64,000 nt of DNA, taken from IMG/VR virus record IMGVR_UViG_3300045131_002298, positions 38,742 to 102,741 of that record; one strand, given 5' to 3'. Shown piece by piece: positions 1 through 9,930 of the stretch; the first letter of the stretch is position 1, and the number at the start of each line of letters is the position of its first letter. This DNA is from a virus. The notes beneath the pieces were generated by a model, which worked only from the letters and a program-made list of their open reading frames with translations, had not been told where the DNA came from and made no database searches. A program made the translations under genes and the position numbers.

Positions 1-2595
1 TTATGAGCGTACCCACCCTGGCAAGTACTTCATGCTTTTATAGTTCTCAAAAGACTCTCCCGTACGCATGACTCCAAGTTCGAATTCGAGATAGTATATA
101 GCGCGGGTTGGTTGTATCAAAGCACGACACCTATAAAGGCCCCTATCTATATCCAAACCTGAATTCAAAACTGCGTTTTTTAGCTCGCCTCCGTCAAAAA
201 AAGCGTCCCGGTCCGTTTGAAGGCAGTAGTCATAGATGGCATATTTGTTTTTCCATGAGTCGAATGCAGGTTCAAGTACCCTATGAATTTCTCTCCATGT
301 AACTGGATGGTTAGGTTCAAATAGAAAGGTTCTTAGTACTGGCATAAGTGTTCTATTAACAACCGTTATGAATCTCATAACGTTTAGTTCACGAGTAGCA
401 GAAGGGGCTCTTTGTGTAGTCCTCTGCTCCCAGAACATAGCTCCCTCTATTCCAGGCATCTTTGATATCATCAAATAATTAATGCCATACTCTGCAAAAA
501 GATCTGCATAACCAGTTGATCTATAATCCTGGATATTAAAGTCAATTCCTTCTACCAGCTGAACAGCGCCTCTTCTTGGGCCTACTGGCGCATAATGTGA
601 ACCATAGTCATTATCAGTTCTACACAAGCAGGAAGCTAAATGTCCTAGATTAGGTATATATCGTTTAGCAGAATCCCTATCATCAAAGACAAGAGGGCGA
701 CCAAACCACAAGGAAAATCTATGTGAATTAAAAGCAGGATGTGTGTAATTACCAGTACCCATTCTCCAGGCTACTGTATCCTCAGGATCATTACCAGGAG
801 GAGTTGCTCCATAACCCATCATATCGCCACGATTCTCGCAATAAGTAATCATTGCATTATATACTGTTGCTGATACTGTGCCAGGAACCATAAGATCCAT
901 ACTCATGTATGTAGTATCTGCAGCATAAATGCCAGTTTGCGCAGCGGCATCCCCAATCCAGTCAGCATCATCGAACCCATCATTTGCTAAATAAGTATCA
1001 GCTGTAAGCCCCAATACTGTATAAGCATCATGTGTAACTGCCTGTAAGTGAATGTTTTCTGTATCATCGTTTGCTTGTATTTTGAGTTTATTATTATAGG
1101 AAGTAGCTGTAGCATCTGACAAACTATCATTAATTTGTATAACAACTTCAGCTAGAGTTTTAGCTGCTCCTGAAAGAGTAATGGTTTGAGGGGCGTCGGC
1201 TCCAACCTGAATCAGTAACGTATCATCAGTACCGGTAACAAAGGTAAATGGCCCGAGTTCTGAGCCCACAAAATAACCACCCTCTTCATCAATACCATTA
1301 GAACCACCATGCAAATAATCACCAGTACCATTAGCAACTGGCATATTAAGAGGCGAAGCCGTGGCAGAATGAAGATCTACAACATCCACGAGAAAAGACT
1401 GCTCGGCAACAAAGTTTACAACATATCTTTCACTCTCTGAATCCATAGACATATCTGGATAATATTCTTCCATATCACCTTGTCTATCATTTATAATTCT
1501 GAGATTAAAATAAAGATCTTCATGTAAGAGCGAATCGGTTATAATAACCTTAAGATCGTCTCCCCAATCACCTTCATTAAGAGCGTCAATTCTAAGGGTT
1601 GCCTGCGAAGAACCAGCAGCAGTCCCAGCTACCTCGTCTGTGTCAAAACCAAGAGGAGTAAGAGCGGTACTTGACGAGAACTGAAGAGTAGCGCTTGTAC
1701 CAGAAGTTAAAGTTTCAATTCTTACTTTGCCTTCATTTGCATAGACATATACATCTTCGAAAGCCTGCATTCTTTGTACAACTTGGCCTGTAGTAAGAGT
1801 AAAGTCGCCTTCTTCTCCGGCTATAGGAGCAAGAGTTAATGATTGTGTAGCTTCTCCGTCAACAGAAAGAATAAGGTTATCTGTTCCGGCTTCTGCGGCA
1901 TCGGTCGTAGTAGTAAGTGGGAGGCCCAAAAGTGCATAGGCTGAATCAGTTATAGTGATTACACCTAAAGAGTGGGTTATTGTGTTGGCCCAAACTTTAA
2001 GAACATATGCGCCACTTCCTTCGTCATAAACAGCACTGGCAGTCATACCCGTAGTATGCGCATTTATATAATCAGCAACACCCTGCGTGGTAAGAGTTCC
2101 TGTGAGCGTTAACTCCTGAGCTGTTCCAGCATTTACAGTAAAAGAAAGTTTATCTGATTCGCCTGTAACAAAAGTAAAGGGGCCAACTTCTGTTCCCAGA
2201 AATCTACCCGAGAGCTTTTGGGTAAGAGCGAAAGGACCTACTTCACTCTCAATCACAGCCACCCCTGCAGTGTCTGCTCTATCATAAAGAGTCAATTGTG
2301 CTTTAGTTGCTGTTAATGTAGTAGGATCGGCAGGATCATCGTAATGTGCGGTTCTGATCAGATTCAGTCTTGCGCCTTGTCTAAGCGCCATTTCAACTAC
2401 TAGTGGATCAGTTGTCCAAGATACTTTCTTACCGTATCTTTTCCTATACTCTTCCATGGTAGAGATAATACGGGCAACACCCATCTCACCTCTTTCTGCC
2501 TTGATGACCATGGTTACATACCCACGAACCACTTCATCAACAAATAACGATAAGTCATTTATCCGCCATATAACTCTAGCTGCGCCAAGCGTCAT
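1..2595 (-). CDS. contractile tail sheath protein with inserted repeat domains
   Basis: C-terminal sheath motifs (APVGPRRG, INY, WEQRT, ELNVMR, FLFEPN, IQPTRAIYY). ATG at 2595 has a GGAGG RBS; the ORF track extends it to 2616. Confidence 0.9.
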   Translation of the reverse strand: MTLGAARVIWRINDLSLFVDEVVRGYVTMVIKAERGEMGVARIISTMEEYRKRYGKKVSWTTDPLVVEMALRQGARLNLIRTAHYDDPADPTTLTATKAQLTLYDRADTAGVAVIESEVGPFALTQKLSGRFLGTEVGPFTFVTGESDKLSFTVNAGTAQELTLTGTLTTQGVADYINAHTTGMTASAVYDEGSGAYVLKVWANTITHSLGVITITDSAYALLGLPLTTTTDAAEAGTDNLILSVDGEATQSLTLAPIAGEEGDFTLTTGQVVQRMQAFEDVYVYANEGKVRIETLTSGTSATLQFSSSTALTPLGFDTDEVAGTAAGSSQATLRIDALNEGDWGDDLKVIITDSLLHEDLYFNLRIINDRQGDMEEYYPDMSMDSESERYVVNFVAEQSFLVDVVDLHSATASPLNMPVANGTGDYLHGGSNGIDEEGGYFVGSELGPFTFVTGTDDTLLIQVGADAPQTITLSGAAKTLAEVVIQINDSLSDATATSYNNKLKIQANDDTENIHLQAVTHDAYTVLGLTADTYLANDGFDDADWIGDAAAQTGIYAADTTYMSMDLMVPGTVSATVYNAMITYCENRGDMMGYGATPPGNDPEDTVAWRMGTGNYTHPAFNSHRFSLWFGRPLVFDDRDSAKRYIPNLGHLASCLCRTDNDYGSHYAPVGPRRGAVQLVEGIDFNIQDYRSTGYADLFAEYGINYLMISKMPGIEGAMFWEQRTTQRAPSATRELNVMRFITVVNRTLMPVLRTFLFEPNHPVTWREIHRVLEPAFDSWKNKYAIYDYCLQTDRDAFFDGGELKNAVLNSGLDIDRGLYRCRALIQPTRAIYYLEFELGVMRTGESFENYKSMKYLPGWVRS

Positions 2596-2713
2596 ATCAG
2601 TAACCTCCAATATCAATTATAAATTTGGTCTAAGCCTCTAAAAAATTATTAATTAGTTTTTTAGTATTAGGAGCTTAGGTAAATGAAAACATTAATTTTT
2701 AAGACATAATAAA

Positions 2714-3106
2714 TTATTTCTCTTTTTTCTTTTTAATAGGTACAGTAGGAGTAGTAAGGGCTTTCTCTAAATTCCATCCTTCTTCTAGTCTACTTATTAC
2801 AGCCTTAATTCCTATCTTATTATCTTTAGCATGTGCAGAAAGTGTCTTCACTTTCCCATTAAACTCAACTTTGTCTTTAGGATTTGGTGTTAAGACGGCA
2901 AAATCTTTGTCCATATTCTGCTCTTGCTGCTCTTCTTTATAGCAACCACAAGATTTTACGTTGCCATCTCTTAAGACATACTCAGTGATCTGGCACTCAC
3001 TGCCACAATCACATTGACAATTCCAAAGAGGCTCTCCGGGCTTGATGCTTTCTGCTCGAGAATTTACTGTCAACTTGCCAAATTTTCTACCAACAAGTGT
3101 GCCCAT
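2714..3106 (-). CDS. HNH-family homing-endonuclease derivative lacking the nuclease core
   Basis: GRKFGKLTV...WNCQCDCG...SCGC N-terminus and FNGKVKTLS...RLEEGW..EKALTTP C-terminus, as in 33106..33792, but without the central LDRIDN/YSP.NCRW segment. Confidence 0.65.
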   Translation of the reverse strand: MGTLVGRKFGKLTVNSRAESIKPGEPLWNCQCDCGSECQITEYVLRDGNVKSCGCYKEEQQEQNMDKDFAVLTPNPKDKVEFNGKVKTLSAHAKDNKIGIKAVISRLEEGWNLEKALTTPTVPIKKKKEK

Positions 3107-3108
3107 AA

Positions 3109-3318
3109 TTATGCGTCTATCACGCTCACCATTTTTCTAGCGAGCATACCATTCTTTTTTGTAACACTTTCCGGGAGATCATCGAACTGGACAGCCTTAG
3201 ATATATGCGAAGTTTTTCCGGTTCTAAATTGTGTAAGACTAATATAAGTCCCACTATTAAGTTGTATGCCTAATTCACCATTGGTGTTATTCATTACTTT
3301 TACTAATCTATCGGCCAT
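3109..3318 (-). CDS. small hypothetical virion-operon protein
   Basis: Co-oriented in the late operon; GGAGG RBS. Confidence 0.6.
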   Translation of the reverse strand: MADRLVKVMNNTNGELGIQLNSGTYISLTQFRTGKTSHISKAVQFDDLPESVTKKNGMLARKMVSVIDA

Positions 3319-3350
3319 TTATTTTTGCCTCCAAAAATTTATATTAGGAT

Positions 3351-3366
3351 TTGCAATTGATTGCAA
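3351..3366. repeat. 16-bp palindrome TTGCAATTGATTGCAA, copy 1 (intergenic)
   Basis: Exact sequence; recurs 7 times in either orientation in the window. Confidence 0.85.
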
Positions 3367-3369
3367 ATT

Positions 3370-3987
3370 TTATTCCGCTGGACGTTCCCACAAGCCCATT
3401 TGAGTGGGAGTATTATCTATTTCTTTATCAAATAGTAGCTCTGACATAGGAACTACTGTATACGATTCTAGCTTCTCTATATGAACACCATAAACATCAA
3501 AAAGATATGATACTTTAAATAATGGTTTATGAAGTACATCCTTATTTATTGGGGCTGTAAAATCAAAGAGCAAATACTGTCCTGATATATTAGGCTCAAA
3601 ACCAAAGGGAAAAGCCTGATCCATCATCACAAGAAGCGTATCTGCATGCTCTTTTATAACCGCTTCTGTATCTATTATATACCTTAATATATAAACCCCT
3701 GGATATTGTTTAACATCATAACCAGTCGGTACTACTCTAACATTACCATTAGCTAATTGTATAGTCTTTTTTGTAGTCTTTGGTACTAAAGTTTCTATAC
3801 CGTACCTACGTCTTACTTTATCTTCTTCAAAGCCTACCCTTGATACACTAGCAAAAGGGTACTCATTATTGTCCCTTTCTCTAGCAGGCTCATAAGGAAG
3901 TACTGGTAATGTAACCCCATCAATAGCTATAAGCCTTAATCTATTTACTATAAACTCGTCTACGTCTGGGATTATATTATTGGACAC
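3370..3987 (-). CDS. putative tail completion/terminator-like protein
   Basis: Position between neck genes and sheath; YPF motif; size. Positional inference. Confidence 0.4.
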   Translation of the reverse strand: MSNNIIPDVDEFIVNRLRLIAIDGVTLPVLPYEPARERDNNEYPFASVSRVGFEEDKVRRRYGIETLVPKTTKKTIQLANGNVRVVPTGYDVKQYPGVYILRYIIDTEAVIKEHADTLLVMMDQAFPFGFEPNISGQYLLFDFTAPINKDVLHKPLFKVSYLFDVYGVHIEKLESYTVVPMSELLFDKEIDNTPTQMGLWERPAE

Positions 3988-3990
3988 GTA

Positions 3991-4380
3991 TTAGCCTTTT
4001 ACCTTAACTGTAACTGCGTCACCCATCCACTGGGTAGACTCTGTTTTTTCTGGATCCATTGCACGAAGAGCAGATTTTAAATCTGTGTCATTTATAGTAC
4101 ACTTAATAGCCGCTCCCACATACGCTTTTAAATAATTTTTTTTAGCCTTTAGGAATTTCCCTAATTTAGCTTTAAAATCCTCAGGTATACCTTCTTTACC
4201 TACCCCTGGTTTAAATCTTAATTTCATACCACCCATAGATCTATTTATAAAACTATGTCGTACTGGTATTCCTGTTTCAGCTTGAAAATCCTTAGATAAC
4301 CTAGCGCCATATACATCCATAGCTTCTAACATATTTCTATGAAATAATAATCCTTCTTTTCCTGAAAACGCCAGTGTCAT
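3991..4380 (-). CDS. hypothetical neck-region protein
   Basis: Tightly packed in the late operon. Confidence 0.5.
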   Translation of the reverse strand: MTLAFSGKEGLLFHRNMLEAMDVYGARLSKDFQAETGIPVRHSFINRSMGGMKLRFKPGVGKEGIPEDFKAKLGKFLKAKKNYLKAYVGAAIKCTINDTDLKSALRAMDPEKTESTQWMGDAVTVKVKG

Positions 4381-4383
4381 GCT

Positions 4384-4842
4384 TTATTGAGTAAGAGCCC
4401 AAGAATCAAAAGAAAATTCGCCTGTTCCGCCCGGAACGGGAGAGATTTGTGATTCTAGCTCTTCTGCTCTCCTTACATAAAATACTGAAAAAACTTGATC
4501 GGCATCTGCAAAAGGTGTAGTATCTACATCGCAAAAAGGCTCATTCGTAGAGAAATCATACCTCTTTCCTGCTATCAAAAAATACCATGAAGAATCTAAA
4601 GCTTCTAAACCTGAAGCCAATATATCTCTTGTGAGTAGAATGACTCTCTTTGAATTCTGATTTAAAATACCAGCGTCATTGTCTATTTCTAACTTTTCTC
4701 TACGCGCCCTAACTACTTCGTCATGTACTATAGCCTTATAATTAATAATCGTAGTATCAGTTACACAAGATATAGTTTTATTAGCTACAGAGTCAAACGT
4801 AGATTCCAATAAATATTTTGCCTGTGCGCCACGAGAGGCCAT
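4384..4842 (-). CDS. putative head-tail joining (stopper-like) protein
   Basis: Follows the adaptor gene; size and beta-rich pattern. Positional inference. Confidence 0.45.
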   Translation of the reverse strand: MASRGAQAKYLLESTFDSVANKTISCVTDTTIINYKAIVHDEVVRARREKLEIDNDAGILNQNSKRVILLTRDILASGLEALDSSWYFLIAGKRYDFSTNEPFCDVDTTPFADADQVFSVFYVRRAEELESQISPVPGGTGEFSFDSWALTQ

Positions 4843-5790
4843 TTAAGCTTCCTCTACTACTTCATCTAAAAGGGGATACACAAAATCTTCTGGGGAAATA
4901 AGAGTGCCGCCACGAATTTGGGAAATATAAGGTTTCATACGAAGATAAGCAGGAAGGGCGAATGCGCTCGTCATTGCTTGCATCATATTATATGTCGTAG
5001 TAGAAGATGTCGAACCGCCACTAGATGAGCTAGTAGAAGTAGTACTCACGTCCATAATTCCAGCTACCTTTACTTTGTCTACTATTGCATTTTGCAACGA
5101 TGTAGGAAGTAACGCTTCATCGGACATCGATATCTGCTCTAAAAGATTAGGCAATACTACCAACGAAGCCAATATAGCCTGAGCCTCTTTTATGGGAACG
5201 GGTATCATTGTAGTATCTCTTTGCACCGTTCTAGGGAAATCCAGCGCCTGATACTCATAAACCCGTTCACCTCTAATAGGCATAAATCCAATAAGCTCAG
5301 CAGCCAGTTTTAATATGTATTCTTTTGAATAACTAATATGATCTTCATACGTACCTGCTACAAAACCGAATACTGTGTATGCTGAAGTGTCTACTGGTTT
5401 TATATATAATGTATCTGTTGCTACTGTAGTAGTTATAACTATGCGTGAATCTGCTGTTGTTGTAAATGTAAATCCTGATACTTGTGCATTTAATGCAACA
5501 CATACTTGTGTTGATGTTAAAGGTATAGGATTATCATCGTCATCTAAGCTGCATGCTATAGTTATCTCTTGATCTGTACCTTCTCCTACAGCAAATAATA
5601 GTGTATCTGAGATTCCAGTAAGAGGCAAAAAAGGACCACTTACACGACCAGTATATCTTAATCCCTGATTGTCAGAAAGAGCGGACCACGATTCAGTAAC
5701 TAAACCAGTATTAGCTAATATTATTTCTGCTTCTTCTACTGTTATGTAGCTATCAGCGCTTGATCCACCAGGAGTTATTATTAAAGCCAT
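4843..5790 (-). CDS. head-tail adaptor (DnaT-like/gp15-type) with an inserted domain
   Basis: MALIITPG...ADSYITVEEA N-terminus and QALDFPR...IP..IKEAQA motif; internal insert resembles the sheath repeats. Confidence 0.7.
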   Translation of the reverse strand: MALIITPGGSSADSYITVEEAEIILANTGLVTESWSALSDNQGLRYTGRVSGPFLPLTGISDTLLFAVGEGTDQEITIACSLDDDDNPIPLTSTQVCVALNAQVSGFTFTTTADSRIVITTTVATDTLYIKPVDTSAYTVFGFVAGTYEDHISYSKEYILKLAAELIGFMPIRGERVYEYQALDFPRTVQRDTTMIPVPIKEAQAILASLVVLPNLLEQISMSDEALLPTSLQNAIVDKVKVAGIMDVSTTSTSSSSGGSTSSTTTYNMMQAMTSAFALPAYLRMKPYISQIRGGTLISPEDFVYPLLDEVVEEA

Positions 5791-5796
5791 ATTTTA

Positions 5797-6123
5797 TTAA
5801 ACCAATTTATCTTGCTTTTTATTATTAATAGGCGGCTTAATTGTGTTAGTTTTTACTGGAGTTATTTTCTTTTCTACTTCAGCCTCTTCTACTGCTTTTT
5901 GCAATGCGTCTTCTGCTTTTTCTTTTACAATTTTTTCTTGAATATTTTTTTCAATTCTAAATATTGACTTACCTGAAGAAAATTTCTGCTTAATTAAGAA
6001 TTTTGCTATACTTTCATCTACGGTTTTTACTGCGCCGCCTACAAAAGTTATATCTGCTTTATCGAAAATATAGTTATAAGTCGATCCAGGTCTACCCTGA
6101 CATGTGACTTTATATTCGCTCAT
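5797..6123 (-). CDS. hypothetical head-associated protein
   Basis: Directly downstream of the capsid gene. Confidence 0.55.
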   Translation of the reverse strand: MSEYKVTCQGRPGSTYNYIFDKADITFVGGAVKTVDESIAKFLIKQKFSSGKSIFRIEKNIQEKIVKEKAEDALQKAVEEAEVEKKITPVKTNTIKPPINNKKQDKLV

Positions 6124-6153
6124 AAATCATTACCCCAAAAATTAAATTGAAAG

Positions 6154-6180
6154 GAAAAAAGGCCGCCGATTTGGCGGCCC
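6154..6180 (-). terminator. Rho-independent terminator after the major capsid gene
   Basis: GGCCGCC-aaatc-GGCGGCC followed by a T-run on the minus strand. Confidence 0.8.
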
Positions 6181-6187
6181 TTGTTGT

Positions 6188-7144
6188 TTAGTAAGTTGTG
6201 GTACCCGTTGCTGTCAAGCCAGTGGCCTTAACTACTGCATCGGTTTCCTCGATAGCGAACGCGAGACGCATCGTCAAGACGATGACATGCGCACGTTCCC
6301 TAACCAACCTATCGGTTTCGATCTGAATTTTACGCTGAATTCCAAGAATCAAATTCTGAGGAAGCGTAAAAATATAATTAGCATCAGGCATCATAGCACA
6401 CGGAACTACCGGCACCCCAAAAGCCTTCAACATAGAAGCATAATCATTAGTGATTCTAACATCACCCATTGCGGTCTCTCTGAAAGACATCTGAGCCGCA
6501 AATTCTGACTCTAGGTAATGAGACACATAAAACTTCATCTGCCCTCTATTTCTGAGGTACTTTGTAGGCATAGCCTGAAGACCACGCTTAAAAATATCAA
6601 CATCAATATCAGACGGCGGGCTGGTATAATTTACCAAATGATCGTTGGCAGTTACCAATAGACCATTCATGAGCCCAATGTAAGGATCAGTCGCTGAGGT
6701 AAAGCCCAATATAATAAGCTCTTCCAGATCAATAGAGGCTCTCTCGGTGATCATAGACATGATCGTCGATTCCAACGTCCCGCGCTCAATGTTGTCTTCC
6801 AACACATCATAAGGCAGCCAGACTTCTGCTATGATTTCTTTAGTCAGAAGCTCTACCTTATCAGTAGAAGCAGCCGCTCTGGTCTGATAACCAGTTCCAC
6901 TAAGAGCCGTCCCAGATGCAGGAGCCGCCCTAAGAATTCTACTAGAAAAACCAATTTTATTGATTTCCATCGTAGGCGCATTCATAGGGACAACACGCAT
7001 TTCATTAAGGATGGTAGGTTGATCCACCAGCATACGAATAAAAGTATTTGCCTGTATCGGGTTCAAATAACCACCATTGTCAATAAGGTTCTGTACGGCT
7101 ATATCAGCCTTTTCTACTATAGTTTTTGGACTAAGTTTTCCCAT
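6188..7144 (-). CDS. major capsid protein (HK97-like fold)
   Basis: GGYLNPIQANTFI, YDVLEDNIERG, DLEELIILG and C-terminal EETDAVVK motifs; follows scaffold/protease; own terminator. Confidence 0.9.
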   Translation of the reverse strand: MGKLSPKTIVEKADIAVQNLIDNGGYLNPIQANTFIRMLVDQPTILNEMRVVPMNAPTMEINKIGFSSRILRAAPASGTALSGTGYQTRAAASTDKVELLTKEIIAEVWLPYDVLEDNIERGTLESTIMSMITERASIDLEELIILGFTSATDPYIGLMNGLLVTANDHLVNYTSPPSDIDVDIFKRGLQAMPTKYLRNRGQMKFYVSHYLESEFAAQMSFRETAMGDVRITNDYASMLKAFGVPVVPCAMMPDANYIFTLPQNLILGIQRKIQIETDRLVRERAHVIVLTMRLAFAIEETDAVVKATGLTATGTTTY

Positions 7145-7175
7145 CTAAATAAATCCTCCTAAATTTTTTTTATAA

Positions 7176-8267
7176 TTACCTTCGAAGATTTCCAAAAATC
7201 CCAGAAAAAGGACTTTCGCTCTTAACAGTAGGCTCTTCTTTAATCACGGGCTCCTGAACTGAGGGTTCCGGTACATCCGCATCAATCTTTTCTACAAGTT
7301 GCTCGAGTTTCTCTAATTTAACCTTCATGGTGTCAAGAGTTTCCTCAAACTTAGCAAAAGGAACCACGGGGACTTCTTCCGCCTTAGCAACTTCTACCTG
7401 AACTTCTTCAACTTTTTCTACGACTTCTGGCTCTTCTTTCTTAACCATAGAATCCGTCTTCGCAGACAAATCTTCAATTTTCTGAGTAAGAACCGCAAGC
7501 ATCTCCAAAAGTTTTTCTTCGCTCTTATTTACAGTCTCGGCCACAACGGGCTCAGCTACAGGAGCAGGCACAGAAGCCTCCACCTTTTCAACGATAACCT
7601 CTGTTACCTTTTCATCCTTTACATCCATATTAACCTCACTTTTTTGTTCTTGTTTTGCAAATATAATATTATCTGCGCTTATATCTAAACCAGCAGAAAT
7701 AAAACTCTTAAATGCATCAAGAGATTTACCAATAATATCCCTCTTCTTCTTATTATCCATTTCATTCAATTCCATCGTACCATTTACGATAGACATCAAA
7801 TTATTAATCTCACTATAGAAGGTATCTCTAAAAGTTGTAATCCCCCTATCATCCAATTTTATCGGTCTATCCATAATTATAGATTTGTAAACAATATTGG
7901 ATCCTTCCATTTTTAAAGGGACGCCCACCACGGCAAAAACATGCTCATCCTCACTAAGTCTAACCAATTTAACTGAAGCTGGCTCCAGTTCATCAATAGG
8001 TATGCTAATGAATTTGCTATACTCACCATGGTTTTCAGTCTTCAATATTTTAAATTCTTTAGACCATTCATGCAACTCCTTATATTTATCAAAATCTTTA
8101 GCTAATGGAGTTATAATACTCTGAATAACTTCTTCCATCGCGTCCTCCGTTTTTATAATTTTAAAGGGTGTTCTGTTTGCTCCTTTATTTACTAAAGAAA
8201 TCCATTGAACATCCACATCATTCATATACTGAACCTCAGTCTCTACTTCTTCAACTATATTGGGCAT
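7176..8267 (-). CDS. capsid scaffold / maturation-associated protein
   Basis: N-terminal WISLVNKGAN motif; E/K/P-rich coiled-coil C-terminus ending in FSGIF; directly upstream of the capsid gene. Confidence 0.65.
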   Translation of the reverse strand: MPNIVEEVETEVQYMNDVDVQWISLVNKGANRTPFKIIKTEDAMEEVIQSIITPLAKDFDKYKELHEWSKEFKILKTENHGEYSKFISIPIDELEPASVKLVRLSEDEHVFAVVGVPLKMEGSNIVYKSIIMDRPIKLDDRGITTFRDTFYSEINNLMSIVNGTMELNEMDNKKKRDIIGKSLDAFKSFISAGLDISADNIIFAKQEQKSEVNMDVKDEKVTEVIVEKVEASVPAPVAEPVVAETVNKSEEKLLEMLAVLTQKIEDLSAKTDSMVKKEEPEVVEKVEEVQVEVAKAEEVPVVPFAKFEETLDTMKVKLEKLEQLVEKIDADVPEPSVQEPVIKEEPTVKSESPFSGIFGNLRR

Positions 8268-8867
8268 TTACTGTACCACCTCATTAAAGGAATAACGATG
8301 AGCATGACCAAACCTAACCTCAGTGGTTGAAGCTGACCTTATAATATGATTATGTCCCTGCGACATTCCAGTATTCGCTACTATTATTTTATTTTCATCA
8401 TCAAATTTTATTTTAAAGGTGTGCGTATGAGGCGGGATTAATTCATCCAAATTTTCCTGGGTATCTCCCTCTGCCTCCACTACTCGTTGAACCGTCTCAA
8501 TCTTCTGGTCTAAATTAGTAAGGCCCTCAAGAGAATAACAATTTATTTCACCCTTAAGAATTTTACCCCAAACTTCATCTGATTCTATTTTAGTAGCGCC
8601 AACCCATGCGCCTTCTACGAAGCCATCTGGATCCGACGAACGCGCTATAAAAGTTTCAACTAAATAATCCCCCGTGGGTTCGTTATTATGCATTAGGTCA
8701 ATATTATGAGTGCGCTGATTTTTCATAAAACCATAAGCGGCTTTTTTTATTTCTTCCGCTGTCATAATGTCACCGTGAGCATCTTCCTGCCCCGGAACAT
8801 ATATCTCACCAAAAACAACACGTTCATACTCTTTGTCGTCTTTTATCACTAATTTTCTAGGAATCAT
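8268..8867 (-). CDS. XkdF-like putative prohead serine protease
   Basis: VFGEIYVP..DAHGD.MTAEEI.KAAY.F, IDLMH, W.KI.KGEI..YSLEG; His-rich HxH tail. ATG 8867 has an RBS; the ORF track starts at 8960. Confidence 0.8.
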   Translation of the reverse strand: MIPRKLVIKDDKEYERVVFGEIYVPGQEDAHGDIMTAEEIKKAAYGFMKNQRTHNIDLMHNNEPTGDYLVETFIARSSDPDGFVEGAWVGATKIESDEVWGKILKGEINCYSLEGLTNLDQKIETVQRVVEAEGDTQENLDELIPPHTHTFKIKFDDENKIIVANTGMSQGHNHIIRSASTTEVRFGHAHRYSFNEVVQ

Positions 8868-9049
8868 GCTTGCTTTAGGCCACCCTTTGAGGTATAATAT
8901 TTTATGAAAATCATAACCCATTGATTCTTTAAAATAATCTGTCGGCGTACCTAATGTCAAGAAAAAAGTGCTATTAATTTTAAATTAATGTTAAAAAGAC
9001 TGCGTTTCATAAGAAATAAAATTTATTTTTAGAAGCGTGCATTTTTTTC

Positions 9050-9078
9050 TTGACAAGATTTAAAAAATATGATATAAC
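9050..9078 (+). promoter_or_regulatory. sigma70-type promoter
   Basis: TTGACA-N17-TATAAC with extended TG. Confidence 0.7.
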
Positions 9079-9487
9079 TGTTTGCAGTATTGGAGCGAAG
9101 AATTTTTTTTAGGATAGTATTAAGAATAGTAATATATAGTATATATATAGTAAAAGAAAAGAATAGTAAATATAGTCATTACACGCGCGCGGACGCGCGC
9201 GTGATATACAGACCAATACTCTACCCCATAAGAGAAGAGAAAAATTTTTTCTCTGGAAAATCGTAAGAAAATTTTTCTTTTTCTTTCCTTAATCAGCCAG
9301 GGTGAAAAGAGAAAATTTTTTTGCACCTTCAGCCTCTAGGAGAAAAAGAAAGAAAAAATTTCCTTAATCATTGAAAGTAAGAAGAAAAAAATTTTTTATC
9401 TTTTAATTTTTACACCTATCCCGAAGGGATAAGAAAGAAAAGACCCCTCACCCATTGCGCTCGCCCCTCTCCCCGTGAAAATAAAGC

Positions 9488-9516
9488 TTGACAAACATTT
9501 TTTTTTATGGTAAAGA
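9488..9516 (+). promoter_or_regulatory. sigma70-type promoter for the replication operon
   Basis: AAAGC-TTGACA-N17, then TG.TAAAGA (weak -10). Confidence 0.55.
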
Positions 9517-9522
9517 CTACTC

Positions 9523-9930
9523 ATGTTGCTGAAAGATTTACAAAAGCCTGAACCCAAAAAAACGCCCTCGAAAGTGTCGCTATCTTTCTTAAAGACCTTA
9601 TGCGATAAATATTATTTAGAACTGGAAGAAATTCCTACGGAACATAAGCGAGCATGGAACGGAGCTTATAAGGGAATTTTAATAAAATTTAATCAGGATT
9701 ACAAAAAATTTGAACAACTAATTGAATACTACATTTTAATAGGTAGAGTATTAAGATTGAAGGGAGTAAAGATATGGAACTTACAGGTTTTCAATATTTT
9801 CGTTATAAAAAATAATCTAGACTTATTTCTATCTGCGTTGCGTATTATTAATTCAACTCATGAGCATTTAAACCATATTGAACTTATGTTCAAGATACAG
9901 GAGGACTTAGATGGAAGGTGCAAATTATAA
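9523..9930 (+). CDS. hypothetical protein (first gene of replication operon)
   Basis: ORF directly after a promoter. Confidence 0.55.
   Translation: MLLKDLQKPEPKKTPSKVSLSFLKTLCDKYYLELEEIPTEHKRAWNGAYKGILIKFNQDYKKFEQLIEYYILIGRVLRLKGVKIWNLQVFNIFVIKNNLDLFLSALRIINSTHEHLNHIELMFKIQEDLDGRCKL

Larger units (their letters stand above)
8961..9522. other. divergent AT-rich control region, candidate replication origin
   Basis: Non-coding gap between late and replication operons, with repeated AAAATTTTT boxes, TTCCTTAATCA x2 and a GC island CACGCGCGCGGACGCGCGCGTG. Confidence 0.4.

Noticed and set aside
9120-9326. 68-aa minus-strand ORF in the divergent region
   Set aside because: Translation of A/T tracts (F/K/I/Y-rich) with no RBS.
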